Below are positions 13,091-27,139 of a stretch of 64,000 bases of DNA, piece after piece. The notes under the pieces are model-generated. The model searched no databases and was not told the origin of the DNA. It saw only the letters and a list, made by a program, of their open reading frames with translations. Position 1 is the first letter of the stretch. The number at the start of each line of letters is the position of its first letter. Position numbers and translations under genes: made by a program. The DNA lies in NCBI RefSeq assembly GCF_009914755.1, contig NC_060926.1. One strand, given 5' to 3'. Source of the stretch: the human T2T-CHM13v2.0 reference genome, Homo sapiens.

Positions 13091-14173
13091 TATCAGAGTA
13101 CCTTTTAGGACTGTTTTCCACAGTTCTTTCCCTTAGAGGAAAAATATTTAATAGGGACATTGATATGGAGGGCTGTCCTTGCTATCTAAAACCTTGTCAC
13201 ATGTTTTGCAGTTCAGTGGGTCCAACTCTTCCCCTGTAACCTCAGAGCATGATTTGTGATCTCCCTTGCCAGTGGCATAAGTGTACTGGGGACGACATTC
13301 AGAGAGCCATTTGGAATTGACAGGAGTGGATAGTTTTTAGTCTGACCTCTTTTACAGGGTGGGGACTGAAATCTCATAGTGAGTAAGAGATAGTCAGATG
13401 TTTCATTATATTTGCCTGTTCATGCAACTAAGTGTAGAGTGTGAATTAGATGCTCAATCAATGTTTTAATTGTCTAAACTGAAAATGCAATAAACCCCAT
13501 TATCTAGCAATCTGTTAATCAGGACTTCATTAATGGGCACACTTGTGCACATGCAGTACATGATAATCCTAAAAAGTTACACAATTCTAAAGTACCTTCT
13601 GAATAAAAAAGATTGAATTCTGTTTATTGTCTATTCATTTATTCATAATATACAGAGTATCTCCCATGTGTTAGGTATATGTATATGTATGTATGTGGAT
13701 ATAGTCAGATGTTCGTATGTTTATACATATATACAAATATATATGCTTCTGCTCTCAGGCTAGGGGCTTCTATTCCGCTCAGAGGAGACAGAAAATAAAA
13801 ATCATAGAATCTCAGAGCATAATATATCATTAAATAACTTTAGGTGCATGATTTGAATGTTGATGATCTATACAAGGCATATATAGCGCTAATCTGCTTG
13901 CAAAATATTTGATAACCAGAACGCCTATTCCTTGATATGTCAGATAATAGGTTTAGTAAAATTAATCCATCCTTGTTCTGGTAAAATCCATCTTGTGCTG
14001 ATATCTGTTAGTAAAATTTAAACCCAAGCTCATACTGTCAGCTGAAGCCTAAGTCAGCTAGATCACCCAAATATCAAAAGGGAAGAACTATACGGGGAAC
14101 AATTATGTATTCAGGATTCAGGCCAACTCCTGAATCATCACTGAACAGTAAGAGTGCAGAAAGAAGGCATCAG

Positions 14174-14917
14174 ATGGTGGGAATGTAAACTAGTGCAACC
14201 ACTATGGAAAACAGTGTGGAGATTCCTTAATGAACAAAAATAGAACTACCATTTGATCCAGCAATGCCAACTCTGGGTATCTACCCAGATGAAAATAAGT
14301 CATTATACAAAAAAGATACTTGCACATGCATGTTTATAGCAGCACAATTCATGATTGCAAAAATATGGAACCAACTCAAATGCCCATCATTCAATGAGTG
14401 GATAAAGAAATTGTGATATATATATATATATATCACAATTATATATATATATAATATACATATTACAATTATATATATAATGTATATTATATGAATTATA
14501 TATATATATATACACACACACCATGGAATACTACTCAGCCATAAAAAGGAACAAAATCATGGCATTCACGGCAATCTGGGTGGAATTGGAGACCATTATC
14601 CTAAGTGAAGTAACTCAGGAATAGAAAACCAAACATCATATGTTCTCACTCATACGTGCGAGCTAAGCTATGAGGATGCAAAGGCGTAAGAATGACACAA
14701 TGGACTTTGGGGACTTGGGGGAAAGGGGAGAGAGGGGTGAAGGATAAAAGACTACCATTGGGTACAGAGTACACTACTCAGGTGATGGATGCACGAAAAT
14801 CTCAGAAGTCACCACTAAAAAACTTATTCATGTAACCAAATGCCACCCATTCCCCAAAAACCTATTGGAATTTTAAAAAAGAGAAAAAACACTAAAATAT
14901 ATATCATGCAAATATAA
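14174..14917 (+). mobile_element. L1PB-type 3' end, 5'-truncated, with an expanded (TA)n block
   Basis: ORF2 C-terminal and 3' UTR sequence (gaatgtaaactagt...ccactatggaaaacagtgtggagattcc). TA-rich block ~14416-14512. Degenerate TSD aaagaaggcatcag (14160-14173) / aaagaaagcagcag (14918-14931). Confidence 0.88.
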
Positions 14918-15885
14918 AAAGAAAGCAGCAGCAAGGTCAACTGGATAAGGCCTCCACCATCAGGGAGCTAAGGTGCTCAGAGTTCAATGTTCGGTGACAG
15001 GTTCCAAATAGTAAAAATTAGAGACCCTGAATCAGAGACCCTGGGTCTAAATTTGCATGTTCATCTCATTTGAGTGTTTACTTTTGAGGAATGTCCTGGT
15101 GGGCTCATTTCATGGCAGGCGCTCTTATGTTGGGCTTTGTCTCCTTGTAGGTACTCTTACTGTCACTTACAGGAGCTGCAGGCTAGAACACTCCCATCAG
15201 GATTCTGTGTTGCTTCTAAGGGAAAATTATGGTCCCTAATCACTAACAGGTAGCACAGTCAAAAAGTAGTCCTTTAATAGGCTGAGCAAATACTCTATAT
15301 CTTACACTTGGGACTGTAATGGTAGCACAAAGCTAGGGAATTCCTTTTCTTTTCCAGGTCAACAGCAAGTTTTCTAGGCTTCCTCAGGTATGCCCTCAGA
15401 GAACCACACGTAAGGTTTTGAAATCCTATTTAATTCTATCCTCAATACCTCTTGCTTTATATTGTCTATTCTGCTGTAAGTCATATAGGCAACACTCAGA
15501 GTATTTTTTAAAAATCATCATCATGAATGTGATTAGAAGCATTTCCTCAATAGTCTCTATAAATATATCAAATAAAATAAATATTCCCTAAGATATAACT
15601 GAGGTGGCAGCTTGGCACTTTTTTTTCTTTTGTACCCTACATCTTTCCTAATGAAAATGACCTGGTTTCCTTCTCCTTTTCCCTATTTCAATTTCCAATT
15701 TTGGTCAGATCTGAGGGTACTGGGTTGCTCTATCTTAAAGTCAGGTCTTATTTTCTTAGTTTAAATGAATTATGTTAAGTTTGTTCAGAGTTGGTAAATA
15801 ATGCCTCTCTCCATTTACACCCCTTTAATATTAGAACTTAATAAAAAATATTAACCAGGGTATAAAACATCTCATTTTCCAGTAA

Positions 15886-16306
<421 letters not shown>

Positions 16307-17749
16307 CATTTTTAGTTCTTGAGACAATTATAATTTACAATTTAAACTCTTTGACACTAGTGGCATTTTCTACCCTCAGTAAGGAAGTTAAATGGCAAAG
16401 CAGTTAACTGTAAGTTTGGGAGTTTAAAGCAGTTATTATATTAATAGTTGATCTAAGATTATGGGTATTTTATGATTGATAGTAGCTCTTGGAATAAATA
16501 AAAACTGATCTATTATCCAAGTCCATGAATTTCTGCTCAGCACAGATAGTATAAGAGGGTTTCCAATGGCTAGAACAAAACAGTGAAGGTTTTGTTGGGT
16601 TTTCTTCTTGACTTTCTGTCTGATGTTGTGTTTGTATGAGGATGATTTCAGGTTTGTGGCATGTTTTGACATCTTTACATGGAATATTTCAAATACATGA
16701 AATTGAATGAGGTGATGAGTCCACTGTATTCAGGAAAGTAGATTAGAGAGGTGCTCTTGGTTAAATCTGTGAAAGATGCTTCTGAGAGGCCCTTGAACTA
16801 GTGGTTACCACCTCTTTACCTGTAGTTCAATTGCATGAACACCATTCTGGAAAAATTTCCCTGTTGCCATGAGCCATGTTTGAGCATATTCAAAATAATA
16901 ACACATATTTATGAATATGTTCTTAAAAAATTAAAGACAATAATAAAATTACAGAGCCATTAAAAATAAAAGCAATGTTTTCAATTTGTAGTCTGACCTG
17001 TGTCACTATAAAAGTGGTTTCTTAGCTGTGATTGTTATCTGGGAGCCTCTTGACATGCTATTGTGATTTTATTCCAACCAGGGCAAAACGTGTCATGGAG
17101 AGCCGTTGCTTGGATATAATGATTGGCACATTAGATTCACTGCTCAAATGTGTCTGTGGCCTCAGTAAACATTGTTAACTGACTGAAAATGTATTTCATG
17201 CTTTATGAGATACAAAACTGAGTGGTAAAAATAAGAAAGTGCACGTTTCTGTCTTAAGAAAAGAAAGTAATTAGTAAATAGAGATATTAATCAGAATAAT
17301 GAATGCTGTTGAAGAAATATGTTTATGACTGTCTCTATTCCCTAATTTTCAGAATGTTTATTTTTCTATAAGATTCTACCAGATATGTTGGCGGTTGTGA
17401 AACTGGAAAGCTTTTTAGTTACTTCCATTTACTGACTTTTTTTTAGAGTAAATAGGGGAAAATCCCTTTTCCATTAAAATCTTTCAAGCCACAGTGAGAA
17501 TAAGGATTGTTTGAAGCAACAGCAGCTTAGTCTTTGCTGAGGTGCTTTAAAAACACTGTTAGAATAATATACCTTCCAGAGGCATCTGATCTTGCTCTAA
17601 TAGGCTTGATGTTTCTATCTGTCTGTAGCTGTCAGAAAAATGAAAGCCAAATACTTAAAAATTAATATCTCAGAACACAGATATCCCAGAAGTTCTCAGG
17701 TAAATTGTATGGCTTTATCCACCATACTAACAATTTCAGGTTGTTTCAC

Positions 17750-18507
17750 TTTTGCATTAATGGTAGGCTTTTCAGGTTTATATTTAATGGGCTTGGGTAT
17801 TGAGTTAGGAATGCCCGGCCCACCTGCAGACAAGGCAGCCCCTTGCCTGCCTGATAATGCACGGGGACCGAGACCCATACCCTCATCAGGAGCAACCAGA
17901 GCCTCCAAGCCAAGGGGCCTGCATTCTCCCAAGTCAGGAGCCCGAGCTTACTTTTGGCAACCTTGGAGCTTGTACTGTAGGGTTACTTCTCAGGCCAGAA
18001 ATTTGCATCAAAGGACTAAGAAAAATATATCCAAAAATAAACATGAAAGCCAAGACTTCATGCCAGGAACTCCAGCCACACACATCCTGTTGGCTGGTTC
18101 TCTTGTCTCTCTCCTCACAGTTCTGATTCTTTTAAACCAAGCGGAAGCCTGCTTCGATGACTTGGACTTATGTCTGCACCAGGGTCTCATTCCTGTGTCT
18201 TCAAGCTTTTCCATGGAGTGGCAAAATGATTCAAATCCAGAAAGGAAGGGAGTGAAGTTATTAGGAGCTAACTAAAGTTAAAAAAAAAAAAAAAAAAAAA
18301 AAAAGGAAGTGTTTTCTTATTGCCTTAGACTGCCTGAGCTTTCCTGGAGAACCATCAGCACCAGTTTCCTTTCTGTGGACTGAGAGCCACTCAGTAGTAG
18401 ACACGAACAGGGAATGAACGGCAATGAAGGTACATTTTGCTGATCAAATAAAGGATAGATGCTCACTGGATGTCTGAGAACTTTGAGAGACCGAAAAAGA
18501 AGGACGT
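17750..18507 (+). promoter_or_regulatory. RAPGEF4: Putative Epac2B internal promoter and 5' UTR
   Basis: No recognisable repeats. Locally GC-richer at 17810-17970, with NR5A-like CCAAGGTTG (minus, 17958-17966), an A25 tract at 18280-18304 and ETS core GGAAGT at 18305-18310, all upstream of the MLYK exon. The TSS cannot be determined from sequence. Confidence 0.55.
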
Positions 18508-18519
18508 ATGCTCTACAAG
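18508..18519 (+). CDS. RAPGEF4: Coding part (MLYK) of the alternative first exon of the Epac2B isoform, which lacks CNBD-A
   Basis: ATG CTC TAC AAG followed by gtcaga, a phase-0 donor compatible with the same downstream acceptor as the 10965 donor. Matches my recall of the isoform N-terminus MLYK-KYRQYM and of an intronic Epac2B promoter. Confidence 0.75.
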
Positions 18520-20724
18520 GTCAGAATGAATCTTTTTATTTTTTAGTGAAGGGTGGGAGAGTGGGGAAATACTACATGTTACTGTTTGCATTTTGGAATT
18601 ATGCTCAAAAACATCTCTGGCTTTTCTAATTATGTTCCACCAGACCCAAATATGTACCATGGCAGGGACATAATTTGATTTCATCTTTGTTTGTGGTGTG
18701 TGTGGGGCCAGGGGGTGAGTGGTGGCTCATCTTTCTGCTAGTGAAGCATGTTTATTTAGCCTGATGATCTTAAATATGTTTCTAGAAGATAAATAAAAGT
18801 AGTTGTTCATAACTAGGCAGAGTAACATTTATCACAGTGAAATTACATACATGTATTTTTCTAGTGACATATTTGAATGTCACATATTAAAAATGAATTT
18901 TGTTCAAGGAAACAGATTGTGGGTGATGGTATTTCACCCTCCAGGCCCCTGGAAGGTATTTTGCCTGTAGCTCTCAGACTCAGTGAAGTCCTTGCTGTTT
19001 ATAGGCATTCTGTTACATTATTGATAACTAAGAGTTCTACCTGCTCCCCAAGCAGTGATTTCAGTGTTTCTCAGAAGATGATCAGGGGTCTGAGCAGATC
19101 AAGGCTTGGCTGGCAAATGCCAGGAATGCCCAGATGCTGTATGGTGGGCCTGCCGGTAGGGTACTATAACCAGTAGTTGCTTTCTCTGAGCTGGCGCTAC
19201 TTTGGGTGTTCATTTCGGGAGTGTAGAGTGAATACTCAGGTCTTTGAGGAGCTGCTGTTAAACTAGTTTCCGAAATGCTTCCCTTGGCCGTGCACTAGCC
19301 AGGACTCTGTTGACACCTCACCCCCACTCTCTCCCCTGCACTGTTCTCTTACACTGGGTCTCCTCACCCACTCAGCTAAGCTACTGAGCAGCCTGCCCTT
19401 CTCAATAGCTGCTCACCTCAACAGAATTGATGCCACGTTAAACATTTCATCTCTAAGAAGCTTCTGTCACATTCAGCAAACATACTTGTTTCCCACCAGG
19501 TGGAGGTGCAAAATGCCCTCTGTCTGCCTTTCTGTGGTTTACAATCTAGTGGAAAAGACAATCATAGACACAAATATGAGACAAACTGAAAAAATACTCT
19601 AAGAAAGATCCAGCGTGCTAAAGGACAGGGGCAGAGCAAGAAGAGATCCGTTTCCACCAAGGGCCTCGTTTCATCCAAGGACAAAGAGATCTGCTTCTGA
19701 ATTCTTATGTGGGTAGCAAGGCTGTTTTTCAGCATCCCTAAAGGATTGGGGACAGTTAACCAAATGATAGCATTTGAGGCAGCCTTGTCCCGAGGGACTG
19801 AGTCCACAGAAAAGGGGCTGGGCTTCTTCACTCTGTGGTTGTGTTGTGTGGCACTCTGGGTTCTTCTCCTTTGCTGGGCCCCTGGGCAGGCATGGTGAGA
19901 ACTCAGCCTGTCATGTGTTGTGATTCCAAATGTCTGGGTTTGTTTTTTGTTGTTCAGCCATCATCTGGAGAAATCCGCTCTGGGGTTTAACGGGTTCCCC
20001 CAGGCAAAGCCAGTTCTAGTTGGGAAAGCTTTAAGAACTTGAGACTTTCAGAAGGAACTCGTGGTGAGGACTGGGGGATACTGTTAAGCGCTTTATGTGT
20101 AGAAAGCCCTGTGGTCATGGGACTTTCCTGCTCTCGTGGGGCCAAATTCCACTCCTGAGTCGTCTCTGGGCTGCTGTGAGAGGTTAGGGCACAGTTACTG
20201 GGGCAGAGGGTCTGACACACAGGATGAAGCAGCAGAAATCCTGTCACTAAGTTCGCTTCTCCAAATTCCTGCAGTCTTGCCCCTGTTTGATCTCACTGAC
20301 CTCAATGTTTTGAGCTGTCTAGCCCAAACCAATAAATGCAAGACAAATCTTCCAAAGGTTGTTGATGTGGTTGAATGGTCTGGCCTGAGATTCTGGTCTA
20401 TTCTTGGTTTAACCCAACTTTGCTGGATGACATTTTGCAAAGCTCTCCAGCTTCCTAGGCCACTTATTGTAAAATAGAGATACCTTTACTTAAATCCTGC
20501 CTTGCTGACAGGAGTGGTCACAGTTAATGTTGATTGATTCTTATGTGCCTTATGAGTTAAAAAATCTAGTGTCCCCCTCCCTTTTTGGTTTGCAAATTAA
20601 AGAAGGGAGAGCCACAGATTCTGTGAATGGAAAGAATAAAATATAGGGCAGTAGTTCATATTGTATCAAAATATATTATTTGGAAGGGAAGAAGAACTTT
20701 TTGGTAACTTTCATCATTTGTAGT

Positions 20725-20900
20725 TGTAGTTCTTAAAACTGGTTTCACGTTAGAAGTATCTGGGAAGCTTTTTAAAAGATTTCCATGCCGGGACTTTTGA
20801 TAGACTGATGAAGCCAAAATCTCTAGAAGATAGAGCTTCATCAGTAGCTTCTGAAAGCTCCTCAGATGAGTCTCTGGACAGCCAGGGCTGAGAACCCCTT
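20725..20900. mobile_element. MER5A-like hAT-Charlie MITE
   Basis: gtagttcttaaaactgg...ttagaagtatctgggaagctttttaaaa...cagggctgagaaccc; partially palindromic MER5 layout. Confidence 0.65.
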
Positions 20901-21616
20901 CAGCAGTGGGTTTTGGTAATTCACCATTCCCCTTTGTGCTTACTTCTGCATACACCTGGCTGGTGTCCTTGCCCTGTGCTGAGATGCTATGATTGAATAA
21001 TGTTTGTTCCTTACAAGTCTGTGTTGAATTTCCTAGTGTAGTTTGTCCTTCTCTTCTATAGACATTCTACTTCCAAGTTAGAGTTTCTAGCAGATTTATG
21101 TAATAATGGCAGTCAGTACTTTAGAGTCAGAATCTGTGGGGTTTGTTCAAGGCTGTATGATTTAGAGGTTGCCTATGTGGAATGGTTATTGGAAGAGTGA
21201 GAATAAGGTGCAAGATCATCCCCAAATTCCACCATCCCACAAATGCACCTTCTCTTAACAGTCTGAGCAATGGTGTCTTTCACAATTTGTAGCTCCTGGG
21301 AAATTTCACTGTATGCCTATGAGAGAATGCGAGTAAAGAAGACAGGTAATAATTTTACTGTTACTGTGAATGAAGTTCTGAATTCTTGGATCCCCTAGGA
21401 ATCGTGGGAGGCTCTCAACTATCCCCAGACTATACTGTAAGAATTACTTACCTACAATAAATTCCCAGGAAAAGAATCACTAGTTTGAAGAATGTGAAAA
21501 CTTATGACTCTTGATAAATATGATCACATTTATTTTCAGTAGCTTTTATTCTGCCACCAACAGTATTTGAGCATGCCTATTGCTTCTGGCCTTGGCCATC
21601 GTGACCATTATATATA

Positions 21617-21980
21617 CAGATGCTCCTCGACTTATGATGGGGATGCACCTAGATAAACCCATTGTAAGTTGAAAATATCATGTCAGTAATGCATTTAATA
21701 CACCTAAGCTACTGAACACCATAGCTTAGCCTATCCCACCTTAAATGTGCTCAGAACACTTACATTAGCCTACAGTTGGCCAAATCATCTAACACAAAGC
21801 CTATTTTATAATAAAGTGTTGAATATCTCATATAATTCATTGAATACTGTACTAAAAGTGAAAACCAGAATGGTTGTATGGCTACTTGAAGTATAGTTTC
21901 TACTGAATGCTTATTGCTTTTGCACCATTGTAAATTTGAACAATTCTAAGTTGACCCATCATAAGTTAGTGACTGGCTCT
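21617..21980 (+). mobile_element. MER47A (TcMar-Tigger) MITE, nested in an old antisense L1M
   Basis: Starts TA|cagatgctcctcgacttatgatgggg and follows the recalled MER47A consensus to the decayed terminal repeat. Confidence 0.85.
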
Positions 21981-23227
21981 ATGTGTGTCCAATATAACAG
22001 GCATTGCTATTGCAATTGTGTTTCTGTGATTACTGGGATGCTTGAGGTTTTATTATCTCTTTTTTTTACTGATTATAAATACCCAATGTAACATATCCTC
22101 TTTTGGGACATGTTATTCATATGAGTTAAATACATTGGCATTTATTTACCAATTTATGTGAATGCTTTATATGATTGAGACATTAACCCTCTTAGAATTT
22201 CTGCAAATATTTAATCTTGATCTGTTTACTTTTCATGTTTCATAATATTTAAAGTACATACCTTTTAAATTCATTAAATCCACCATAAACCTGGCTATAT
22301 TCATGATTAAAAAAATTAAAATTAGTTTTATAAAGATATTATCTTACCTTCATTTATAGTGGATTTGGAAAATAACATGATGTAAGTAATAATGTGTTTT
22401 ACCCAATGGTGTTGGCTGCATGAATTGATTGAAGTTTTAAAAATTTTTTGTCGCTTCTCTCATTTGCTTCAAAAATTTATTAAATATTCTTACAAATCCA
22501 TATCTTGCCTCTAATTGTTTCCTATAGCCTCTGTGTAAACCTTATTTTATGATCTGTAACAAAATTTTGTGAAGATTTCTTTTCTGGATATTTGCACCAT
22601 GATCTATGGTCATCCCTTCCACTCCTCTAGCCGTTGGGTGTCTGTGAAGATCCCAGCGATTTGACTGTGGAAGGCTCTGGTCCCTTGCTTTCTTTTGCCT
22701 CCATGCCATGCCCTCCCGCAAACATGCTTTAAGCTTTGGTCTGAGTGAAACCATCCAGTAGAATTGTGATCTTTTCTGAGGTTAGAGAAGCGAGTTCTCT
22801 TTTTTTGTGTGCATCCATATCTGCCTTCTCTTTTCCACTGTCCAATACTGTGTCTACCTCTTTAATAGTTGTGGAGAAAGTACTGAAACTCTTACCAATA
22901 AGTTTTAATGAAACAGTTTTTCATTTTTAGGCCTTTGCTATTTGTTATGGGTTTTAGTTTATCTGTTTGGAGGGTGTTTTTTGCCTATGCTTAGCTTTGT
23001 TTAAAGTTTATAGAATTGCCAAATGCAAATATTCTAAAAAAGGAAAAAAGCTCTATAATAACTTTCACTATATACAATTCCTATTAAAAGCACATAGAAC
23101 TTAAAAATGGGATAAGATAGTAAAATGATCAGATATTGTATTTAGTAGAGATACACCTGTTCCCAGGGACATACACCACTTTGTGAACAACACCTTGAAA
23201 GGCATTCACTTATTTAAAAAGTTATAA

Positions 23228-23523
23228 AGCTGGGCTCGGTGACTCATGCCTGTAATCCCAGCACTTTGGGAGGGTGATGCGAGCAGATTTCTTGAGCCTA
23301 GGAGTTTGAGATCAGCCTGGACAACATGGTGAAACCCAGTCTCTACAAGAAACACACACAAAAAATGAGCCCAGTGTGGTAGCATGTGCCTGTAGCCATG
23401 GGAGGCTGAGGTGGGAGGATCACGTAAGCCCTGGGAGCTTGAGGCTGCAGTGAGCCATGATCATGCCACTGCACTCCAGCCTGGGTGACAGAGCAAGACC
23501 CTTTCTCAAAAAAAAAAAGAAAA
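23228..23523 (+). mobile_element. AluJ
   Basis: Dimeric Alu with J-type gaggctgcagtgagccatgatc and an A tail. Confidence 0.92.
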
Positions 23524-24099
23524 GTATGAAGTTTTAAAATAGTGTTTTAAATGTTAGTGTTTTAGTTCTCTTAAAACTGTGCTGCTAGTCACACTCTCTC
23601 CATCCACATTTTCTTTCCTTCCTCACCAAAAAGTTTCATCATACATAGCAAATTGTACCTTATTAATAAAGTGATCATTACTAAATGAAAATTAATAAAT
23701 TAAAAGCCTTCGGTGAATTCCTGATAATAACAGTTGCAAGCACATGTATAATACTCTAAACAGCTGAGTCCCGGCTCTGTTAATCCATTTTTAGAGACAT
23801 TAATATATTTTAGCACAGTTGGGAATCCATCTCCCCTGAATTCCCTTTCTTGTTTTCTGCTTGTTACTCTATATTTCCTTCTCCCTTATCCAAGTCCCTT
23901 CTCCAGACCTCACCTAGGTCTGAAACATCTGACTTTACCCTTCAGTATTTCAGGTTCGCTTTCTCTCTGCCTCTCCTTGTCCTAGTTGGCCTCCTGTTAT
24001 AATCAGTCATATAACCTCTTCCTTTACATTAACCTCTTCCTTTTCAATTCCATCCCACCATTCTCAGTGACCTCCCTTCTCTGTCCTCAAGCCTCAGCA

Positions 24100-24340
24100 G
24101 CATAAGTGAGGCAGTACAGAGCTTAAAGACCATGGACTGGAATTGACCAGGACATAGTGACAGTCCTGGCCTTGCTTCTTGCCAGTTCTGTGTCCTCAGG
24201 CAAGGTACATAATATCCCTAAATCTCTTCCCTCATTTGTCAAATGGGGGTCAAAATAACCGTACCATAAATGGTTGCTGAGAGGAAGAAATGATATAATG
24301 TAATCAACCCCCTAGCTCTAAGAACAAACCCAGTAGATGT
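24100..24340 (+). mobile_element. MIR SINE
   Basis: gtgtcctcaggcaaggtacataat...ccctcatttgtcaaatggggg core. Confidence 0.55.
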
Positions 24341-27139
24341 GGGTGGTGATGATGATTGGATGCATAGACAGAGCAGGGGTTCAAATCCCTCACTCCAGGT
24401 GCTCAGACATCTAACTCAGCTCTCGCCGCTGCCCAAGGATTAAGGTTCAAACTAGCTGCCCTGGCATGCTCAGCTTTCTAAATCTGCCCTTACATCCTTT
24501 TCTAGTTGTAGTGCCTCTATTAATTGATGCACACTTTTTTTTTTAATTAACCTCAGTCATATCTGCAAGCATTAGTCAAGCATTCACTAAATGCCAGTTA
24601 CGATGCTAGGCACTGGGGTTGCAGAAATGAACAACTTGTGGCCGTCAAGGATCTTGCAACTTAATGGAGATAAATATAAGAAAATAAATATTAAAGTGAG
24701 ATAAAAGATACAACAGGGGTGCATACAGGAGCTAGAGGTGGAAGGAATAGAGAAAGTAATTGCCAAGGAGAGTGAAAAGGGTTTCCAGACCAAGTCCCTC
24801 ACTCCATGGGCGTCGCATTCGTAAGGCCGACAGAAATGTGACAGACAGGAAGATGCCACCAGACCCAGGCAAAGTATACAAGTCTTTCTGATGTGACATA
24901 TCTTCACACAGAGGAGGGGTCATAACAGCCCCTCAGTGTGAGGGACAATCTTCTCTCATCCTCAGGCTCTCCCTGTGGAAGGAGAAGCCCTTTGGAGCCT
25001 CCTGGCCTTTCTTGAGGACAGAACAGGGTTTTGACATCCTTCAGCTCCTCCTTGACCCATCTCACAGCTCCTAGCTGTGTGCTTGCTTGCTCTCTTGGTG
25101 CAGAAACACATAAGACACCCAGACATGTTAACCAAGAGAACTGAAGGTCAAACTCTTGGTGAAAGTCTTGCTAGGGGTAGCAGACTCCAACTTCAGGCCC
25201 ACTAACTACTGCTCCTGCCTGGGTCTTCCTGGTCTCTTTGCTGAAGGGGCCCTTTGCCTACAGTCACCTTCCTTCTCTACCTACCCCAAGACCCAGCTCA
25301 AATGCTGTCTCCTCCCATGTCTTCAAGACGACGCCTCCCAGTTCAGGCAAATCACATCAGGAGGGAATCATGGCAGCCCGTTCACACATTTGTTACCTCT
25401 CAGCAGTTTATTTTTAAAATCAGATCTTTCTGTGAAGGAAAGGCTGCAAGGAGGCTGAGTTTCCTCCTGAGGAGATGACGATCCAGATGATCAAAGAGAA
25501 AGTGACTCTAGGAAAGACAGGTTGGTGTTGAACCTGAGATCAGCTCAGGGAACAGGGATCAGGAGCACAACATCTCCAATTGCTGATTTAGGGAAAGTGG
25601 AGGCCAGAGTGCTGCGGCCCCTCCAAGAGACCTGGGCTACGAAGGCCTGGGGCTGAGAGGCCCTGGAGCAAGAGGCCGTATGTTGCTTCAAAACTGATCC
25701 AGTGGGAACTAGACACACTCAGGAGATCCATTTAGTTTCTCCTGGACTAGAGGCCTGCAGGTCTTTCTCAGTCAGTGCCTCCCACTTTCAGCAGGAGTTC
25801 TGCTGATACTGGCGTGGCAAGAGCTCACCTTGGCTGTCAGGCCAGGGTTCTTGAGTAGCAGAAAGCCTAAACACTCCATATCACTCTTTTTCATGTGTGT
25901 GTTACCCTGGCACTTGGAGAAGTCTTCTCTGACCTCATGCAGAAGGAAGGTGAGCCCCTGAGCTCATCCATGTGAGGCATCCCCGGTATGAACTGGCTGA
26001 GGGCCAGATCTGATTCGAAAACATCGTGGTCACTTGGATTTTACATTTGCAAGGCGGGTCTCTGTATGTGAATAATACGTAAGTAATGATAACAGATGAA
26101 TTTTAGTGACCACCAACTAAGTGCCAGAAACTATTCTTATCTTTTTATGTAGATTGACTCTTTAGTGGTAAATTATTATCAGCTTAGTCTGAAGAAGATA
26201 ATTTAAGTATCAAGAATTCAGTGATGGGAGCTTTTGGAATGAAAAGAGCTCTAAGTTTGTTTAGGAAAAATGTAGGATTAGGTCGAATGTGAGCCTTTTG
26301 CCTTTTAGTAATATAATAACTCATTTATATATATATATTATATATAATATAATAACTCATTTAGTCCTCTGGCAGGTAGGTCTGCGTTTGGAGGGTCAGC
26401 AAAGAGGGATGATTCACAACAGGTGCTTTTTACCTGGGATTCTTGAGCCCTGAGGAGTTCAAGGACCAGCTTTGACATTTTTATATGCGTGTGCATTTTT
26501 ATATTCCATATATATTCCATATATAATACATATATTAATGGATGCACACATATAAATTATGATTAACATATTATCAGCTTTCATTCTAATTGGATAGGGG
26601 TCTGTTATCTACCAAAAGATTAAGAACCATTTTCTGTGGAATTAAAAGAATATAGACCAGATTATGTAGCTTATTTCTTCTTTATGTGGGAGAACATTTA
26701 TTCCCAGTGTAACATATCTTTGTAGAATTTGTGATGGTGAGAGTGGAAATGGAAAAGTACTTGTCATCAAGCTTTAAGGCTTTGACTCTTTTTGCAGTGA
26801 AGAAGAAATTATTAGGGAAAAATGCTAAGTTCCAGAGATCAAAACAGAAATACTTCGCCGAAAGAGTATTTCAAAGCCCATTTCAAAATAAATATTTCTA
26901 ATTTGTTGATTCATTGCCCTTTTAAATAGCTGACATCATTTGGACATTTTGTACCTAGTTCCAAACTGATTGAGCTACCGCAGGAGTTTTTCACAGATGT
27001 GTGGTTTTGTATCCTCAGTTCCATATCTCCCCAAAACTGTCCACATTTAAAAATGCCTGTAAAGCTAACTGGACAACTTCAGACGATGATACTTTCAAAA
27101 AGTAGTCATAACACAACCCATCACGCAAAACAAGAATCC

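Noticed and set aside
17640-18275. Longest ORF in the window (211 aa, + strand), overlapping the putative Epac2B promoter
   Set aside because: No recognisable domain and no supporting exon structure; likely a chance ORF in locally GC-richer DNA. PhyloCSF or ribosome profiling would be needed to rescue it.
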